DNA of 64,000 bases from an uncultured Saprospiraceae bacterium (GTDB lineage Bacteria; Bacteroidota; Bacteroidia; Chitinophagales; Saprospiraceae). Both the position numbers and the translations under genes were made by a program. Positions within the stretch are counted from its first letter, which is position 1. Each line of letters begins with the position of its first letter. Under the pieces are notes generated by a model. It did no database searches. It had not been told where the DNA came from and worked only from the letters and a program-made list of their open reading frames with translations. Below, in pieces: positions 60,860-64,000 of this stretch. The stretch lies in NCBI GenBank assembly GCA_964643005.1, contig CAZXQI010000004.1, positions 1,690 to 65,689 on the forward strand, read 5' to 3'.

Positions 60860-63334
60860 TTACATTTTAATTAATTTTTCAAAAAGGCTGAAATGCTGGT
60901 CCTTTCCTTCAATTTTTACCCAGTAAATCCCTGCCGGAAGGCTCGATACATCCATTTGCTCCACCAGCAATCCTCCGCTTAACTGAACCTTTTTCTGTCG
61001 GAGGAGTCTGCCCATTGAATCAAAAAGGCTTATCGTCGCCAGATCCTTGGAGGGCAGGCCGGCTTCAATCGTAAAGCTGCCCTCTGTCGGGTTGGGGAAA
61101 ATCTTCATCGCGGTCTGCGGCTTTTCAATTTGCCCGACAGCGCTAATCAGGGGAAGATTCCCTTTGGCAAAAGCATAATCTCCAGGCAGCAGGGTGTCAA
61201 TTCGGATGAAGCCCTTGCCGTCGTTGGCGGTGAAGGGAAGTTTCTTGTAAAAAGGAAACTCGCTCCAGGGGACGCCCGGTTTGGGTCTCCAGGCCAGGAT
61301 GAGGCTGTCTTCGGCGGCGCCGTAGGCAAGATCGTAGTCTATCTTATTTTCATTGGAACCATCGTAAGACAGCGTCACGTTGGCTGCAAAATCCTGGGGC
61401 AGGATGCCGCCGTAGCGCCAGTAATGCGTGCCGGACAACTGCACATCGGGATAGTCGGGGCCGGCGGGGTCGGCGGCGCCGAAGTAATGAATAAAACTGA
61501 CGAGCGCTGAATCCGAAACGCTTACCGCTCTCGGGTTGACGACATCAATATAGGCCATGCCCATCAGGCCGGGGGCTTTGATCACTTTAGTGTCCTGCAT
61601 GCGGCCAAGGTTCAGGCGATTGTCCTCGTTGAGGATTTGCCAGACCGGTTCGAAAGGTACCTGCACGACGACCTGGGAATACTCGCCTGAAGCCATGAAG
61701 TTAGTCGTATAGGCGTTCCAGTTTTTATCATAAAAAGTAATGCTCAGCGGGACATTGGTGTGGAAGTGCGGCGCATGATGGAGTTTTTGCTGCACGTAAA
61801 CCGCAACCTCGCAGCCGGATGCCGGGTCGGGGCAGGAGAGCGCGACAGAGTCCAATTCAAACAAGGCAAAACCGGGACTAAAAATCCAGTCGTCAAAAAA
61901 GGAAGTCATATCCACTCCCGTGTTACCGGTCAGTTGGTCGCGGAACAATTCGGCATCTACCGACTGGAATTTATAGGTGTCCAAAATGGATTGCATGCCC
62001 TGTTGGTACAGAGAATCGCCGAGATAGCCCCGCAGGTTGTGCATGACCGAGGCGCCTTTGTAGTAAGTGTGCGTGCCATAAGTGTTTTCGTAGGGCAGGC
62101 CGGAAAGCGGCAGATAGGCGCCGTCGTCCAAATGGGCGTTTTTCAAAACGTCGTAGTGATTGCTTTTGACGATGTCCATGAATGTCTTCTTACCATAGAC
62201 ATACTCAAAAAACAGGTGCGCTGCATATTCTGCATTGCCCTCTTTAATCCACATGTTTTCCGGGCAGCTCAGGGTAGTTGTGTTTCCCCACCAGTGGTGA
62301 GCCAGCTCGTGAGCCATGAGCCGGCTCATTCCGAAGGTCGGCCCATTTCCAATGGATGAGACGGGAAAGGCGATAAGAGAGGCGTGTTCCATGGCGCCCT
62401 GTCCTGTCATCACGTATCCCACCTGCCCCCAGATGTAAGGTCCAAACCAGGATTCCAGCATGTCCACCGCATCGTCGAGATAGCTAAAGGCATCCTTCAT
62501 TTTGGTCGTGTCGACGGCTTTGCCCACTAATAGCATGGGGTAGTCTCCGTAGGCGCCGATATGGGTGTCATGAACTTCGGCATAGTTGGAAGCCGCCACG
62601 CCGACTAAGTAAGAAGGCAGCGGCAGACCCATGCGGTATTGCCGGTGGATTTTGCCTTCGTCCAATTCCACTTCTCCCAAAAATTCTCCGATGGCGTAGC
62701 CCTTTCTTCCCTCGTTGGTGAGGATGCCGATGTCGTAAGTGGCTCTCTCGACGAAGTTGTCAAAGCAGGGGTGCCAACTGCGACCCATGTTGTATGGGTT
62801 AGAGGTAAGCCCGATGCCCAAATTGTAGGCGATGCCATTTTCAAATTTGAAGCCTCCCCAATAGTTGTCCGCAGTTGGCTTTCCGCGATAGTGGATGGTA
62901 ATCTTAGCCGTATCGCCGATAGATAGGTTTTGAGCTAAGTGGACATTCAGCAGGAGATTGTCGTAGTCATAGTCTAAGAGCGTATCCTGCCAGGTGATTG
63001 AGTCAATCGTGAGCGCCAGCAGATCGAGGGGAAGGTATCCGAGCTGGTTCTGCTTTGGGGTGAACTGAATCTCGCAGGAAGCGCTGATGATTTGCTGGGT
63101 GAAATTGGTCAGGTCGAGTTGAATGGAGTAATTCAAAATGTCGATGCTGTCGCTGCGGGCGTTGCTGCCGCAGGATATTCCCTTTTCCAGTTCGCTCAAA
63201 ACCTGAAGGGGGATTTTACTTTTGGAATAATGGCAGCCGTAGCGGTACAAATCTCCTTCTCGAGGCTGGGCCGCAAGGGCGAGGCCGACAAAGAAGAGAA
63301 TAGAAAAACAGAGGAAGCGTAGCGTTGTAGTCAT
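60860..63334 (-). CDS. M1-family zinc metallopeptidase with T9SS C-terminal sorting domain
   Basis: 824 aa with a signal peptide. HELAHHWWGN...WIKEGNAEY (HExxH-18-E). C-terminal KIFPNPTEGSFTIEAGLP...GIYWVKIEG tail. Confidence 0.9.
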   Translation of the reverse strand: MTTTLRFLCFSILFFVGLALAAQPREGDLYRYGCHYSKSKIPLQVLSELEKGISCGSNARSDSIDILNYSIQLDLTNFTQQIISASCEIQFTPKQNQLGYLPLDLLALTIDSITWQDTLLDYDYDNLLLNVHLAQNLSIGDTAKITIHYRGKPTADNYWGGFKFENGIAYNLGIGLTSNPYNMGRSWHPCFDNFVERATYDIGILTNEGRKGYAIGEFLGEVELDEGKIHRQYRMGLPLPSYLVGVAASNYAEVHDTHIGAYGDYPMLLVGKAVDTTKMKDAFSYLDDAVDMLESWFGPYIWGQVGYVMTGQGAMEHASLIAFPVSSIGNGPTFGMSRLMAHELAHHWWGNTTTLSCPENMWIKEGNAEYAAHLFFEYVYGKKTFMDIVKSNHYDVLKNAHLDDGAYLPLSGLPYENTYGTHTYYKGASVMHNLRGYLGDSLYQQGMQSILDTYKFQSVDAELFRDQLTGNTGVDMTSFFDDWIFSPGFALFELDSVALSCPDPASGCEVAVYVQQKLHHAPHFHTNVPLSITFYDKNWNAYTTNFMASGEYSQVVVQVPFEPVWQILNEDNRLNLGRMQDTKVIKAPGLMGMAYIDVVNPRAVSVSDSALVSFIHYFGAADPAGPDYPDVQLSGTHYWRYGGILPQDFAANVTLSYDGSNENKIDYDLAYGAAEDSLILAWRPKPGVPWSEFPFYKKLPFTANDGKGFIRIDTLLPGDYAFAKGNLPLISAVGQIEKPQTAMKIFPNPTEGSFTIEAGLPSKDLATISLFDSMGRLLRQKKVQLSGGLLVEQMDVSSLPAGIYWVKIEGKDQHFSLFEKLIKM

Positions 63335-63675
63335 ATCCTGGAATTGTTTTAGTGTCGGACTGCCAAATTAAAACTACCGGACAAGAGGAGAAAGTTTTTT
63401 CCATTTTTTTAGGAACAACAGTCCTTTCCTCGAAGCCGGCTGCAATTTCCCCGACCTTCGCGAGCGGGCTGTTTTGCCATTTTTTAAAAATGAGAAAAGA
63501 GTTTTTTAAACGGAGAGATAAACAATCTTTGGGTTAGTAAATTTTCTTCTAAGTTCTTCTCATTGATTTTTGTCATGCCGGCCTTCTGAATTAGGTCATC
63601 ATTGAGGGAGAGATACTGCCGTATTTTCGGGAAAAGAAAATAAATCATATTTACCTAAACTAAAAATAGAACGAG

Positions 63676-63984
63676 ATGACGAGTCAAATTCAATTTGTGA
63701 ACATGAAAACCAATGACCGACTGGAAACTTTAATCCTCGACAGATTAGAGAAATTAGAGAAGAAATTCGAGTGGATTATTAACGCCAAAGTCTATTTGAG
63801 GGAAGAGAAATTTCAGGATACCATGCGGGATAAATTGTGTCAGATTGAACTGAGCGTGCCCGGTCCTGACATCTTCACCAGAACCTACGAAGAGAGCTAC
63901 GAGGCGGCCATCGCAGAGGCTTTCTCAGATATGGAAATGCAATTGCGCAAGCACAAGGGCAAAATGTATCACAGCAATCGCTGA
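63676..63984 (+). CDS. hpf: ribosome hibernation factor, HPF/RaiA family (short form)
   Basis: 102 aa. L..LI..RLEKLEK....I....V.L and YEAI..A...ME.QLRK pattern of the sigma-54 modulation / S30EA family. Confidence 0.8.
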   Translation: MTSQIQFVNMKTNDRLETLILDRLEKLEKKFEWIINAKVYLREEKFQDTMRDKLCQIELSVPGPDIFTRTYEESYEAAIAEAFSDMEMQLRKHKGKMYHSNR

Positions 63985-64000
63985 CAGGCTTCTCCTGCCC

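Overview
This 64-kb chromosomal segment has an intermediate GC content, which I did not compute. It carries hallmarks of a Bacteroidota genome: three proteins with type IX secretion (T9SS) C-terminal sorting domains, DUF6089/DUF4142/DUF3109-type families, an AraC-type hybrid sensor kinase, an anti-sigma factor with a TonB C-domain, and mostly A-rich rather than Shine-Dalgarno start contexts. All family names come from motif recognition by eye, because no searches were run.

I support about 45 protein genes. Most are housekeeping: acyl-CoA dehydrogenase, folE, the catalase/oxyR divergent pair, metK, trpS, ridA, rpmF plus DUF177, mfd, gatB, purH, polyprenyl synthase, an M24 aminopeptidase and hpf.

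The accessory-looking loci are:
- a tandem pair of ~1,300-aa Cys-rich HYR-repeat surface proteins whose C-terminal modules combine a dockerin-like EF-hand pair, a cohesin-like domain and a T9SS tail (17.7-25.9 kb);
- a 1,354-aa protein with two cyclase-homology domains, a P-loop STAND ATPase and TPR repeats (28.4-32.4 kb);
- a GH3/beta-lactamase-fold fusion;
- a small decayed island (56.4-59.4 kb) holding an IS1634-like transposase stub, a tail-fibre-like protein with twelve 17-residue repeats and an S74 chaperone domain, and a CxxCH cytochrome-c gene fragment just below the ORF-track cutoff.

The structure least explained by the ORF track is the ~0.8-1.0 kb gene-free region upstream of mfd (40616-41618). 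It contains two diverged tandem units, each with an AGGAGGG box, a hairpin with a T-tract that reads as a terminator only on the minus strand, and a 27-nt conserved box. It also contains a third orphan minus-strand terminator with a complementary upstream 8-mer (antiterminator-like), and a GC-rich hairpin-rich block. Together these suggest unannotated small transcripts or a leader.

I saw no rRNA, tRNA, CRISPR array or intact mobile element.
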